64,000 nt of DNA from Candidatus Lloydbacteria bacterium RIFCSPHIGHO2_02_FULL_50_18. Its GTDB lineage: Bacteria > Patescibacteriota > Minisyncoccia > Phycocordibacterales > UBA6899. The notes under the pieces were generated by a model. It had not been told where the DNA came from. It saw only the letters and a program-made list of their open reading frames with translations, and ran no database searches. Both the position numbers and the translations under genes were made by a program. Below, one piece after another: positions 18,174 to 27,013 of the stretch (position 1 is its first letter; each line of letters begins with the position of its first letter). The DNA is taken from positions 1 through 64,000 of the forward strand of contig MHLM01000006.1 in the NCBI GenBank assembly GCA_001821395.1. Reading direction: 5' to 3'.

Positions 18174-19565
18174 CTATTTTAAGTTCTCATCAAAAACTTG
18201 ATAACTATCATCATTTGAGTCTCCTTTTCCGGTAAATTCTGAGAATGGGCAATTTGGCAAGCAGTCTTCACCGAGTTTTCTTTCCAGCTCCCCGGTAACA
18301 AAATGGTATAGATTTTCACCGTGATGACTTATGCCGTTGGGTTTTACTACAAGTGCCAACATCTGTAGCACCATCATTGAGGCGAGGTGCATGCTAAAAG
18401 CAAAAACGTTTTGATTGTTCAAGTGATGGCGCAAACCGTCAACGGTGTTTATGTACTCCGAATCATCCAGCAGACCTTTGCGTTCAAGAGACACTTCAGC
18501 AAAGGTGTACTGCCCAATGCACGAGAGACATTTATTACCCGGGGTTGCAGTGTGCGCACGCCAATCCGCTGAGCGCAACAAATCCTCCTTGGTGTGCACT
18601 CGAATACCACCATCAACGACTGGAATCAGGTGTGTATAAGCAATGTAATTAAGAACGTGGCGCGCCCACGGCCTATCAACGCAACTGAACAGGAGGTCAC
18701 AATTTAGTGCACCTCGGTATCCCTCAGCTCCAGTTACATGAACTGGTAATCGTGTGACGAAAAAGTTGTCGGCAGTTGCGTGTTCAATAAGTCTTTTTGC
18801 AATTACATCCGTCTTCAATTCACCAACATCTTTTATCGTCGCATGCATAAGTCGATCGAGGTTGTGTTTCTTTACTACGTCAAAATCGATAAGCGAAATA
18901 TGCTGAACTCCAGTTCTAGCAAGTGCCTCAGCAATAGCACTTCCGACACTTCCCGTGCCGACTATTCCTATGTGTAAACGAGATAATTCGTCTTGCTTAT
19001 CTTGACCCCATGAAGAAATTGTACGTTTCAGTTCTTCTCTAAAACCCTGCGGCTTAAGCAGCGCGTCACAATAGGTGATAGAAAGGCCCATTTGACCTAT
19101 AGTGCGAACACTCTCGCACCATGATGGAGCATATTCCCGAACCCCGGTTCTATTCCAAAAACGAGCACTCCACGCACCATCTGTGCCTATAGTTAGTCCA
19201 AGGAGGGGTCGTTCTGTTATTCCAAAGGTTGCCGCAGCGTGCGATAACTCCGCCCGAACATCGGTCCTGCTCATATTCTGCCATCCAGGAAACGGGTGGC
19301 TATGCATAAAAGCAAGGCCCATATCTCGGGCGGATGCTATTTGTAGTGCTCTCTGAAAATACTCGGGAGAAAAACTCGCGTTGCCATGCACTTCCCGCTC
19401 TCCGTCTTCAGGAAGAATCGGTTCAACCAAGAGTGCTGTCAGTCTTTCTCCTCCGCTGCTCGGCTGCCACAAAGCAAAACATAAGTCTTCCTGCCCATCC
19501 TTACGCACAAGATGAGAAAAGAGTTTCTGGTTTACCTCGGTTGTCATCGCTACGCTGTATCTCAT
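18174..19565 (-). CDS. JAB/MPN (JAMM) metalloprotease fused to an E1-like ThiF/MoeB adenylyltransferase
   Basis: N-terminal HSHPFPGWQNMSRTD (HxH..SxxD JAMM motif); then GIVGTGSVGS..IDFDVVKKHNLDRL E1 Rossmann motifs; C-terminal CxxC pairs. Confidence 0.8.
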   Translation of the reverse strand: MRYSVAMTTEVNQKLFSHLVRKDGQEDLCFALWQPSSGGERLTALLVEPILPEDGEREVHGNASFSPEYFQRALQIASARDMGLAFMHSHPFPGWQNMSRTDVRAELSHAAATFGITERPLLGLTIGTDGAWSARFWNRTGVREYAPSWCESVRTIGQMGLSITYCDALLKPQGFREELKRTISSWGQDKQDELSRLHIGIVGTGSVGSAIAEALARTGVQHISLIDFDVVKKHNLDRLMHATIKDVGELKTDVIAKRLIEHATADNFFVTRLPVHVTGAEGYRGALNCDLLFSCVDRPWARHVLNYIAYTHLIPVVDGGIRVHTKEDLLRSADWRAHTATPGNKCLSCIGQYTFAEVSLERKGLLDDSEYINTVDGLRHHLNNQNVFAFSMHLASMMVLQMLALVVKPNGISHHGENLYHFVTGELERKLGEDCLPNCPFSEFTGKGDSNDDSYQVFDENLK

Positions 19566-19924
19566 AGTGTGTTGAGGAGTTTTATAACGTGAGCAAGGTA
19601 AACATCGACGTTACGTTTACTACTTTCCCAGCTCGGGTGCGGCCTACTAAGATGCATCCACTCAGGGCCAAAATCACTGTCGTGAATTCGATCACGATGC
19701 TCCTGTGATGAGGTGTTGGTGGGCAACGTACGCGGATGAATATGTGGGCCGTGGGGAGCAGTCAGCTCAAAGTCTCCTGGGACATCTACCCCAACGCGAA
19801 CTGTCTTGCCTGCAAGAGTTCCTTCGTTGACAGACAGCGCAAATGCCAGCCGATTGCCTTCAAGGTTTTCAACCTCAAAACCAAGATTCTTGAGACCTTG
19901 AATAAATTTTTCTTTGCCGCTCAT
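19562..19924 (-). CDS. E2/UEV-like protein lacking a catalytic Cys
   Basis: 120 aa, beta-rich, then PHGPHIHP (HPN-like) and two W.P-like motifs; no cysteine; 4-bp overlap with the E1 gene. Confidence 0.4.
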   Translation of the reverse strand: MSGKEKFIQGLKNLGFEVENLEGNRLAFALSVNEGTLAGKTVRVGVDVPGDFELTAPHGPHIHPRTLPTNTSSQEHRDRIHDSDFGPEWMHLSRPHPSWESSKRNVDVYLAHVIKLLNTL

Positions 19925-19929
19925 GTTGT

Positions 19930-20184
19930 TTACCCCACAGGCGTTTGTCCAGTAAACACCGTGACGAACTTCATGTGATTATGCATCTTGATCACCTCGT
20001 CCAAATCTTTATGCGGTTCCTGCTGATGACCCTTAACCTCAACCAAATAGTACTGCTGCGAATCGACATTCGCCATTGATAATATCTCTCGAACAGACAA
20101 CTCCTTCTTTTCAGTAGTGAGTGTTTCACCGTCGACCGTAAAATCGATACCGTGACCTTTTTCCTCCTTCTCGTGGTTTTCCAT
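19930..20184 (-). CDS. Ubiquitin-like beta-grasp protein ending ...TGQTPVG
   Basis: 84 aa; IDFTVDGE..YYLVEV..KFVTVF beta-grasp pattern; terminal Gly; 5-bp gap to the next gene. Confidence 0.5.
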   Translation of the reverse strand: MENHEKEEKGHGIDFTVDGETLTTEKKELSVREILSMANVDSQQYYLVEVKGHQQEPHKDLDEVIKMHNHMKFVTVFTGQTPVG

Positions 20185-20295
20185 ACAGTTTTTTTATATA
20201 ATTAATGAATTAACACATGAACCAATATTCCTCTTGACTCTGGACGAGAGTCGCGGTAACCTGTTTCATATGTAAGACAGTGTACACCTGAGGTG

Positions 20296-20315
20296 TTTCA
20301 CTAGTCAAACACTTT
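20296..20315. promoter_or_regulatory. Near-perfect 20-bp palindrome GTGTTTCACTAGTCAAACAC; candidate operator in the divergent promoter region
   Basis: 18/20 self-complementary; 9 bp upstream of the XRE start and upstream of the divergent Ubl operon. Confidence 0.45.
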
Positions 20316-20323
20316 TTTCATTT

Positions 20324-20674
20324 ATGAAACACAATAAAAACAGCGTCAATTTTGCTATTGAGCAATTGGGTCAGAAGGTCGCGCTTAAAAGATCGGGAAG
20401 CGGGATGAGAGATACCTCCGCAGAGATTGGCATCAGCCCTGCTACCCTCTCGCGAATCGAGAGGGGGTACATGCCCGATATCGGCACATTCCAAAAAGTA
20501 TGCACTTGGCTCAACATTGATCCGGGTGAAATTCTTGGTGCAAAAACTCACGTCAGTGAGGTGCAGATGGCAACTGTGCATTTTCGTAAGAAGCAAACGG
20601 TTGCTCCGGAAACCGCGCAAGCTTTAGCACAACTCATTATTGCAGTACAAAATAATGTTCTCGCATCAGAGTAA
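20324..20674 (+). CDS. XRE-family HTH repressor (CapH/ImmR-like)
   Basis: SAEIGISPATLSRIERG HTH_3; paired with the downstream ImmA peptidase. Confidence 0.8.
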   Translation: MKHNKNSVNFAIEQLGQKVALKRSGSGMRDTSAEIGISPATLSRIERGYMPDIGTFQKVCTWLNIDPGEILGAKTHVSEVQMATVHFRKKQTVAPETAQALAQLIIAVQNNVLASE

Positions 20675-20692
20675 AAAACTGATTATGTTGTC

Positions 20693-21271
20693 ATGTTTAA
20701 AAAAGGATTTAAAACCTGGTGTGAAAGAGCTTCAATTAGTACTCGCAGACAACTGGGTCTGCAATCTTTCGATCCGATAGACTTATACAAGGTCGCGGCA
20801 ATCGTCGAGGCTGATATTAAGTATCCAAAAGATGTTCCTGGGCTTGATAAAAAGTTTTTAAAAATTTTAACGGAGGAGGACCCAGATAGCTGGTCTGCAA
20901 TAACCATAAAAATAAAACAGAAAATCGTTATTATTCTAAACTCTGCCCACACCAAAGCGCGTCAGATGAGTAGTCTTGGTCATGAGTTATCTCATTTGAT
21001 TATCGGACACCCTGCGTCCAAAACTGGTATTTCAGCAGATGGGCTTTTGATAACTGGGTTCGATCGACTTCAAGAGGATGAGGCGGGATGGCTTTCGGGG
21101 TGTCTTCTTTTGCCCCATGATGCGTGTCAGTATATTAAAAAGACAAAGATGGACCAAAGCAGTGCTCAACGACATTACGGAATAAGCGCTGATATGTATA
21201 CATATCGCATGAACGCCTCTGGGGTAAATCGCTTGTGGACCCCTAAAGTAAGTAGCATTAAAGCGAAGTAA
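20693..21271 (+). CDS. ImmA/IrrE-family zinc metallopeptidase (CapP-like)
   Basis: HELSHLIIGH HExxH motif in the DUF955 context, directly after the XRE gene. Confidence 0.8.
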   Translation: MFKKGFKTWCERASISTRRQLGLQSFDPIDLYKVAAIVEADIKYPKDVPGLDKKFLKILTEEDPDSWSAITIKIKQKIVIILNSAHTKARQMSSLGHELSHLIIGHPASKTGISADGLLITGFDRLQEDEAGWLSGCLLLPHDACQYIKKTKMDQSSAQRHYGISADMYTYRMNASGVNRLWTPKVSSIKAK

Positions 21272-21302
21272 CGACCTATCAGGTCTAGAACCTTTAATGC
21301 CA

Positions 21303-21359
21303 AAAAGCGACCCTTCTGGGTCGCCTCTTGGGTCTCTGCGTCGGGGGTGCCTATAGGGA
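21303..21359. repeat. Putative attR: the partner of the 57-bp direct repeat, overlapping the tRNA-His 3' end and its terminator hairpin
   Basis: See 290..346; the GCGACCC-TTCT-GGGTCGC hairpin serves as the tRNA terminator. Confidence 0.75.
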
Positions 21360-21418
21360 ATCGAACCCTAGCTAAAGGCTCCACAAGCCTCTGTGCTAAC
21401 CGCTACACCATAGGCACC
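21346..21418 (-). tRNA. tRNA-His (GTG) with an encoded G-1
   Basis: Acceptor GTGCCTA/TAGGCAC, anticodon loop TTGTGGA, T-loop GGTTCGATTCC, extra 5' G pairing with discriminator C. Confidence 0.85.
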
Positions 21419-21610
21419 ATGCATAAACCAAACTCACACAACGACCACACTACTTTTTCACGTCATGATGTGGACCATGAACGAAAACGCACCTTGCGGT
21501 GCTGACTAGGATAATAACAGACTTTCAAAAAAAATCAACGTCACGCCAGTCTTCGGTTCTCCCCGTTAAAAACAGAAGAAAGGCCCCATGGCAGGAGGCC
21601 TTCTGATAAC

Positions 21611-22078
21611 TCACACGACGTGTTCGATGATGACCCTTCGATGAAGCGTGACGCGGTCTCCCGCCGAGAGCGAAAGTCCGTAGTGATTGAGGGCAAAATA
21701 ATCACTGCTCTCTTTTGCATCAGCACCATACACCCGCACTGCGATCTTTTTTTGAGAGCACGCAACCAACACCACACCATGAAGCACTCGGCAGTCCCCT
21801 TCGTGCCCGTGATGATGACGCCAGAACAAGGTTATGGTCTCTTTTGTCCACGGAGATTTCCCTTGTTGACCGGCAAACGCAAAAAGACCGCGCGTCGCAT
21901 CTGCAAAACATTCCATGAGCAGGGCCTGTTCGGGATCGCCATTCTCTTCGATGAGTTTTTGGAGTGTTGCGACATGCTCCTCCTTTATCAGCCCCCGAGA
22001 AAAACGGTCGTCCGTACAAACATATGCATAGCGCAGAAAAAGCTGCTCTCCCGTCAGTAAGGTCATAATGTTCTCCAA
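21611..22078 (-). CDS. Hypothetical protein
   Basis: 155-aa ORF; no family recognised. Confidence 0.4.
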   Translation of the reverse strand: MENIMTLLTGEQLFLRYAYVCTDDRFSRGLIKEEHVATLQKLIEENGDPEQALLMECFADATRGLFAFAGQQGKSPWTKETITLFWRHHHGHEGDCRVLHGVVLVACSQKKIAVRVYGADAKESSDYFALNHYGLSLSAGDRVTLHRRVIIEHVV

Positions 22079-22122
22079 AGTGCTACCTGTGCGGAGTATA
22101 GCAAAAGAATATTGGAACGCAA

Positions 22123-22641
22123 TTAAAACTTACGGCTATCGTAAGCCCAATGCAAAAGTGCTTGACGCTGGCGGGGACGACAGAAAATATCTCCGGCACG
22201 ACAGTTATTGCGTACCTGCGCGATGTGCCGCGTCATCGCCTTCCAGCGCTTGATCTGTCGGGTGTCTTCTATTGGAATACGCCGACCAATATAATACCGA
22301 CAATACCACTGAAACCAACCGCGCGGATCGTCGTCGTAGATCCAGCCTTTTGCTTTCCATACGGCAAGTGATTGAGAGGCGTGCACACCAAAATAATTCA
22401 ATGACTTATCCGCCTTTCCTTTTGCGAGTCTTGCGCCCTTCCACCACGATGCAGGAAATTCATCAGTGCAGTCACGCATATACTTTCCACCAAAGACACC
22501 GAGTGCGAGCATCTCGCGAGGTGTGAGGTCGGGCTTAAAGAGAGGATCAAAATCCTTTCCCACGAGCGCCGTACACGTGTAGTGATAGTTATGCTGCATA
22601 GTGTCATGGACAACTATCATTCTTGTTTCTCCACTCTTCAT
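22123..22641 (-). CDS. Hypothetical protein
   Basis: 172-aa ORF, Trp/Cys-rich; no family recognised. Confidence 0.4.
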   Translation of the reverse strand: MKSGETRMIVVHDTMQHNYHYTCTALVGKDFDPLFKPDLTPREMLALGVFGGKYMRDCTDEFPASWWKGARLAKGKADKSLNYFGVHASQSLAVWKAKGWIYDDDPRGWFQWYCRYYIGRRIPIEDTRQIKRWKAMTRHIAQVRNNCRAGDIFCRPRQRQALLHWAYDSRKF

Positions 22642-22651
22642 AATTGTATGA

Positions 22652-23215
22652 TCAATAGCGAGGTTGTTCTTCCTTCACATCCCCGCGATGATTTGCCAAT
22701 CGCGCGAGTGCGTAGAGCAGAGATGAAAGTCGATTCATGTATTGAAACATCGGAGGGTGAAGCGCGGGGTCGGCGATATTAAGTGCGCACACAACACGAC
22801 GTTCAGCGCGCCGTGCGACCGTCCGTGCGAAATCACATAATGCCGCAAGCTTCGTTCCTCCGGAAACAAAGAACGAAGTGATGGGTGACAGCTCGCCCTC
22901 GATCAGCCCGATCCATTCCTCCAGTTTTTTGACACGTGTAATATCCATCTTTTTGTCTGCTCCGGCAAGTTCTGCTTGAATAACAAAGAGGTCTTGCTGA
23001 ACGAGCGATAAGAGCTGCTGATAATTAAGACCGTCTGTCGCAATGGTATTTCCTCCCGCTAATTTTACAATACCCAACAGTGAGTTAATCTCATCAACCG
23101 TTCCGAGTGCTTCGGCAATATCCGAACTTTTTGCGATGCGTTGATCGCAACCAAACAGCTGCGTCGTACCGTTATCACCTTTTCCCGTGAATAGCATGTT
23201 CATAGTATAAGACAA
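22652..23215 (-). CDS. ATP:cob(I)alamin adenosyltransferase, PduO/MMAB type
   Basis: N-terminal TGKGDNGTT signature and family length. Confidence 0.8.
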   Translation of the reverse strand: MSYTMNMLFTGKGDNGTTQLFGCDQRIAKSSDIAEALGTVDEINSLLGIVKLAGGNTIATDGLNYQQLLSLVQQDLFVIQAELAGADKKMDITRVKKLEEWIGLIEGELSPITSFFVSGGTKLAALCDFARTVARRAERRVVCALNIADPALHPPMFQYMNRLSSLLYALARLANHRGDVKEEQPRY

Positions 23216-23284
23216 CGTTAACCTTTTGACGAAAGCAGCCCCACGAGATAGAGTGGCGGAAGATCATCAGGAAAGGAGTTCGTC

Positions 23285-23911
23285 ATGGCGCTTCCTTCTC
23301 AAGCCAAAGCAGCTTGCTACCAAAAAACGCTTCCGATCGGTGCCTTTCTTTTTCTTTTTCAAATAGCGATCCTTATCTGGATCGTGTTCAGCCGTACTCT
23401 TGGTGCGGACACGTTTCATGCACTGCTTGACGTCCTTACGCTTGCAGGCACGACATATTTATTCCAACGAAACTGGAAGACGGAAGAAGAGTTCGAACGA
23501 TACGAACATCGATGGCTCCTAATCGGTGTCATCTCGCTCGGATTGGGGGGTATCATGGTTGGACTCGAATCTGCCTCCTGCCTGCTCAGAGGAACGGCCT
23601 CAACACCTCCTCCCGCGTGGCCGCTCCTTATTGCGGCACTCGTGGGTGCACTCGGAAATTGGCGCATGCACCACCTCCTCGAATCGGTCGAGGACGCCGA
23701 GCACGACCACCTGCACAAGAACAACCTCGATCACGTATTCTGGGATATGATTCTATCATTCGCGGTCTTTTGCTCCGGCTGTTCGATGCTGCTCTTTGCA
23801 ACGAGTGCGGTCGACGGTTGGATCGCCACGGTCGTTGGCTTCATCGTTCTCCCCTATCTTGCACTGAAGCGATGGAAAGAGGGGACTCATGAACACGCGC
23901 ATCATCACTAG
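23285..23911 (+). CDS. Cation diffusion facilitator-like six-TM membrane protein with a His-rich C-terminus
   Basis: Six hydrophobic helices; HxxxD motifs in TM2 and TM5 (FHALLD, HVFWD); C-terminal HEHAHHH. Confidence 0.5.
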   Translation: MALPSQAKAACYQKTLPIGAFLFLFQIAILIWIVFSRTLGADTFHALLDVLTLAGTTYLFQRNWKTEEEFERYEHRWLLIGVISLGLGGIMVGLESASCLLRGTASTPPPAWPLLIAALVGALGNWRMHHLLESVEDAEHDHLHKNNLDHVFWDMILSFAVFCSGCSMLLFATSAVDGWIATVVGFIVLPYLALKRWKEGTHEHAHHH

Positions 23912-23999
23912 AACGATACTCCCGCAGTTATGCTGCGGGAGCTTTTTATACAAAAAACCCGCCCATATCATAGGCGGGTTGTAGAACCCAAACAAGAAA

Positions 24000-25559
24000 T
24001 TATTCGTCGTCATCCATTTTCGGTGCCAGACACTTTCGTGTCTCAACAACCTTTCCATCTTCTGCGACGCTTTCGATCTGCACACCGAAGCCCCAAAGGC
24101 GAGCGACATGTCGCAACACCTCATCCGTATCGTCATTCAACGGACGATTATTGGAACGTGTGTGACGCAGCGTCAGCGACCGATCCCCTCGCACATCAAC
24201 ATTCCATACTTGAATGTTCGGCTCCCGGTTTCCCAGGTTGTATTGATTCGAGAGCACCTCACGAACACGTCGATAGCCGGCATCATCATGGATCGCCGTC
24301 ACCACGTATTCTTCCTCATTCTCATCATCAAGGAGCGCGAAGAGATGAAAATCGCGGATGAGTTTCGGACTTAAGAACTGACCGATGAAACTCTCATCTT
24401 TGTAGTTGTGCATTGCATCGTGCAATACTGGCAACCAGTCCTTTCCCGCAATGTCCGGGAACCACTGCCGATCTTCATCGGTCGGCTCCTCACAGATACG
24501 CTTGATATCGGTATACATTGCGAAACCGAGCGCATAGGGATTGAACCCGTTGTAATACCTACTTGAGACCGGCGGCTGGTAGACCACATTGGTATGCGAC
24601 TTCAGGAACTCGATCATGAGTCCGTCGGACAGATACCCGTCATCGAACATCGTGTTCAATATCTTGTGATGCCAAAATGTTGCCCACCCCTCGTTCATCA
24701 CCTGCGTTTGGCGCTGCGGGTAAAAGTATTGCGCGATCTTTCGCACGATGCGCACGATCTCTCTTTCCCACGTCTGCAGATGCGGAGCCCGCTTTTCAAT
24801 GAAGTAGAGCAGGTTTTCCTCAGGCTCTTCCGGAAAACGTTTTTTCAAAGATTCCTTTGACGCGCTACCCGGTTTCGTTGGAACCGTGCTCCAGAGCTCA
24901 TTGACCTGCTGCTGCGCATATTCCGCATGCTCCGCTCTGCGTACCAACTCCTGTGCCAAACTCAATTTTTCCGGATGACGATAGCGGTCTACCCCGTAGT
25001 TCATGAGTGCATGGCAGGAATCGAGCACTTCTTCAACGCGTTCATACCCGTGTCTTTCCTCGCATGCTGCGATGTAATTCTTCGCGTACACGAGGTAGTC
25101 AAGGATGCTTCCCGCGTCAGTCCACATGCGGAACAAATAGTTGCCCTTAAAGAAACTGTTATGCCCATATGCTGCGTGTGCAATCACCAGCGCCTGCATC
25201 CCCATGGTATTTTCTTCCATGAGATAACTGATGCATGGACTCGAGTTGATCACGATCTCATAGGCGAGCCCCATTTCCCCGCGATGATAGCGTTGCTCAT
25301 TGGAGATGAACTCCTTCCCAAAGCTCCAATGCCGGTAATTGATCGGCATCCCGACAGACGCATATGCGTCCATCATCTGCTCGGCAGTGATGATCTCAAG
25401 CTGATTCGGATACGTATCAAGACCGAAGCGCTCTGCCGTGTCTCTGATCACCCGATGATATTGTTCGATCAGCGGAAATGACCATTCACCCGGCGACGGA
25501 AGTCGCTCGTGGGGTCGCTCTCCCGCAGGTAGCGGGATGCGTGGTATGACCTTGCTCAT
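24000..25559 (-). CDS. spoVR: SpoVR/YcgB family protein
   Basis: 519 aa; conserved N-terminal block; third gene of the prkA-yeaH-spoVR arrangement. Confidence 0.8.
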   Translation of the reverse strand: MSKVIPRIPLPAGERPHERLPSPGEWSFPLIEQYHRVIRDTAERFGLDTYPNQLEIITAEQMMDAYASVGMPINYRHWSFGKEFISNEQRYHRGEMGLAYEIVINSSPCISYLMEENTMGMQALVIAHAAYGHNSFFKGNYLFRMWTDAGSILDYLVYAKNYIAACEERHGYERVEEVLDSCHALMNYGVDRYRHPEKLSLAQELVRRAEHAEYAQQQVNELWSTVPTKPGSASKESLKKRFPEEPEENLLYFIEKRAPHLQTWEREIVRIVRKIAQYFYPQRQTQVMNEGWATFWHHKILNTMFDDGYLSDGLMIEFLKSHTNVVYQPPVSSRYYNGFNPYALGFAMYTDIKRICEEPTDEDRQWFPDIAGKDWLPVLHDAMHNYKDESFIGQFLSPKLIRDFHLFALLDDENEEEYVVTAIHDDAGYRRVREVLSNQYNLGNREPNIQVWNVDVRGDRSLTLRHTRSNNRPLNDDTDEVLRHVARLWGFGVQIESVAEDGKVVETRKCLAPKMDDDE

Positions 25560-26938
25560 GCTTTTCGCTCCTTTTGAAATAATCCACGGAATACGGGATA
25601 GATCTCACTCACTGCTTTCACCTTGCGGATAGCAAAGGACTTGTTTCTCTCGGCCAACTTTGCATATTCGCGCCAGAGGTTTTGCTCCTCTTCGACGACT
25701 TGAATATAGGCAAAGTAGCGGCACAAAGGCAACAATCTTGCCTCAAGCAGGTCGGAACAGGTCCCACTATCGTTCCCCCAATTATCACCGTCGCTTGCCT
25801 GCGCGCCGTAGATATTCCATTCACCTGACGGATAGCGTTCACGAATGATCTGCTCCATAAGCAAGAGCGCACTCGAAACGATGGTACCGCCGGTCTCCCT
25901 GGAGTGGAAGAATTCTTCTTCCGTCACTTCCTGTGCTTCAGTGTGATGCCGGATGAACACGATGTCGATCTTTTCATAATGCCGCGTCAAAAAGAGATAC
26001 AGCAGAATAAAGAAGCGTTTAGACAAGTCTTTACGCAGCTCATCCATCGAACCCGAAATATCCATGAGGCAGAACATGACCGCCTTTGAATACGGCATCG
26101 GCACACGCATACGAGCGCGATACTTCAGATCGATCGGATCAAGATAGGGAATGACCCGCATCTTCGATACGATCGCTGCAATGCGATTTGCGATGCTCTC
26201 GTGAGATTCAACCTCTGGATCGTGTCCGATCTTTGTCTCAAGCACACCGATCTCTTCAGTGAGCTTTTGATGCGCTTCGTCGTAACCGGCCGGACACATA
26301 TGACAGACCGACTCAAGCTGATCAAGCTCCTCAAGCAACTCCAGCAACTTTTTGCGGTCGTTCTTGTGGAATGCGATCCCGCGCCCGATCGAATTACGCA
26401 TCGAATGCACAATGGACAGATTATTCGGTGTCCCATCGTTCGTAAATCCCGATCGCACGCTCTTATATTCGGGCGTATCAGCAAGTGTCGTTTTGATCAG
26501 ATTCGGCAACGCGAGGTCGTCGAAAAAGATATTCATGAACTCTTCCTTGGTCAGATGGAAAACAAAATCGTCTTCCCCCTCACCCGAATCGCTCGCACTG
26601 CCTCCACTTCCCTGTCCGCCCCGTGGCCGCTCGATACGGTCACCGGTAACGTATTCTTCGTTACCCGGATGAACACCTTCGCGCGAACCACCCGGCCCAT
26701 GACCGAATACCGGCTCACGGAGGTCACGCTTCGGAATGCGCACGTCCTCGCCGCCATCTCCCACATCTCGGATCCCGCGACCTTCGATCGCGCGCTTTAC
26801 CGCCTCACGCACCTGCTCGCTCTGGCGACGCAGAAAACGTTGGCGATTACCAATAGACTTACCTTTGCCCGCCAAACGACGGTCGATCGGCGGGGGTAGT
26901 GTCCCGGAATCAACTCGCGTTATTTCATGATCACTCAT
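25556..26938 (-). CDS. yeaH: YeaH/YhbH (DUF444, vWA-like) protein
   Basis: 460 aa; operon partner between prkA and spoVR; 4-bp overlap. Confidence 0.75.
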   Translation of the reverse strand: MSDHEITRVDSGTLPPPIDRRLAGKGKSIGNRQRFLRRQSEQVREAVKRAIEGRGIRDVGDGGEDVRIPKRDLREPVFGHGPGGSREGVHPGNEEYVTGDRIERPRGGQGSGGSASDSGEGEDDFVFHLTKEEFMNIFFDDLALPNLIKTTLADTPEYKSVRSGFTNDGTPNNLSIVHSMRNSIGRGIAFHKNDRKKLLELLEELDQLESVCHMCPAGYDEAHQKLTEEIGVLETKIGHDPEVESHESIANRIAAIVSKMRVIPYLDPIDLKYRARMRVPMPYSKAVMFCLMDISGSMDELRKDLSKRFFILLYLFLTRHYEKIDIVFIRHHTEAQEVTEEEFFHSRETGGTIVSSALLLMEQIIRERYPSGEWNIYGAQASDGDNWGNDSGTCSDLLEARLLPLCRYFAYIQVVEEEQNLWREYAKLAERNKSFAIRKVKAVSEIYPVFRGLFQKERKA

Positions 26939-27013
26939 TTGCGTCTCCTAAAGAAAACAGGGTGCGTCTGGCGCACCCTGTAAGGTTTAAATCACAATTG
27001 TCGCACGGTTCTC

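Larger units (their letters stand above)
290..21359. mobile_element. Genomic island (~21 kb) inserted at the 3' end of tRNA-His; carries MTases, a TerS-like gene, type I RM, a serine recombinase, a Ubl/E1-JAB operon and XRE/ImmA regulators
   Basis: Flanking 57-bp direct repeats overlapping the tRNA-His 3' end; internal recombinase; phage-like and defence cargo; a compositionally distinct low-GC RM segment. Confidence 0.65.
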
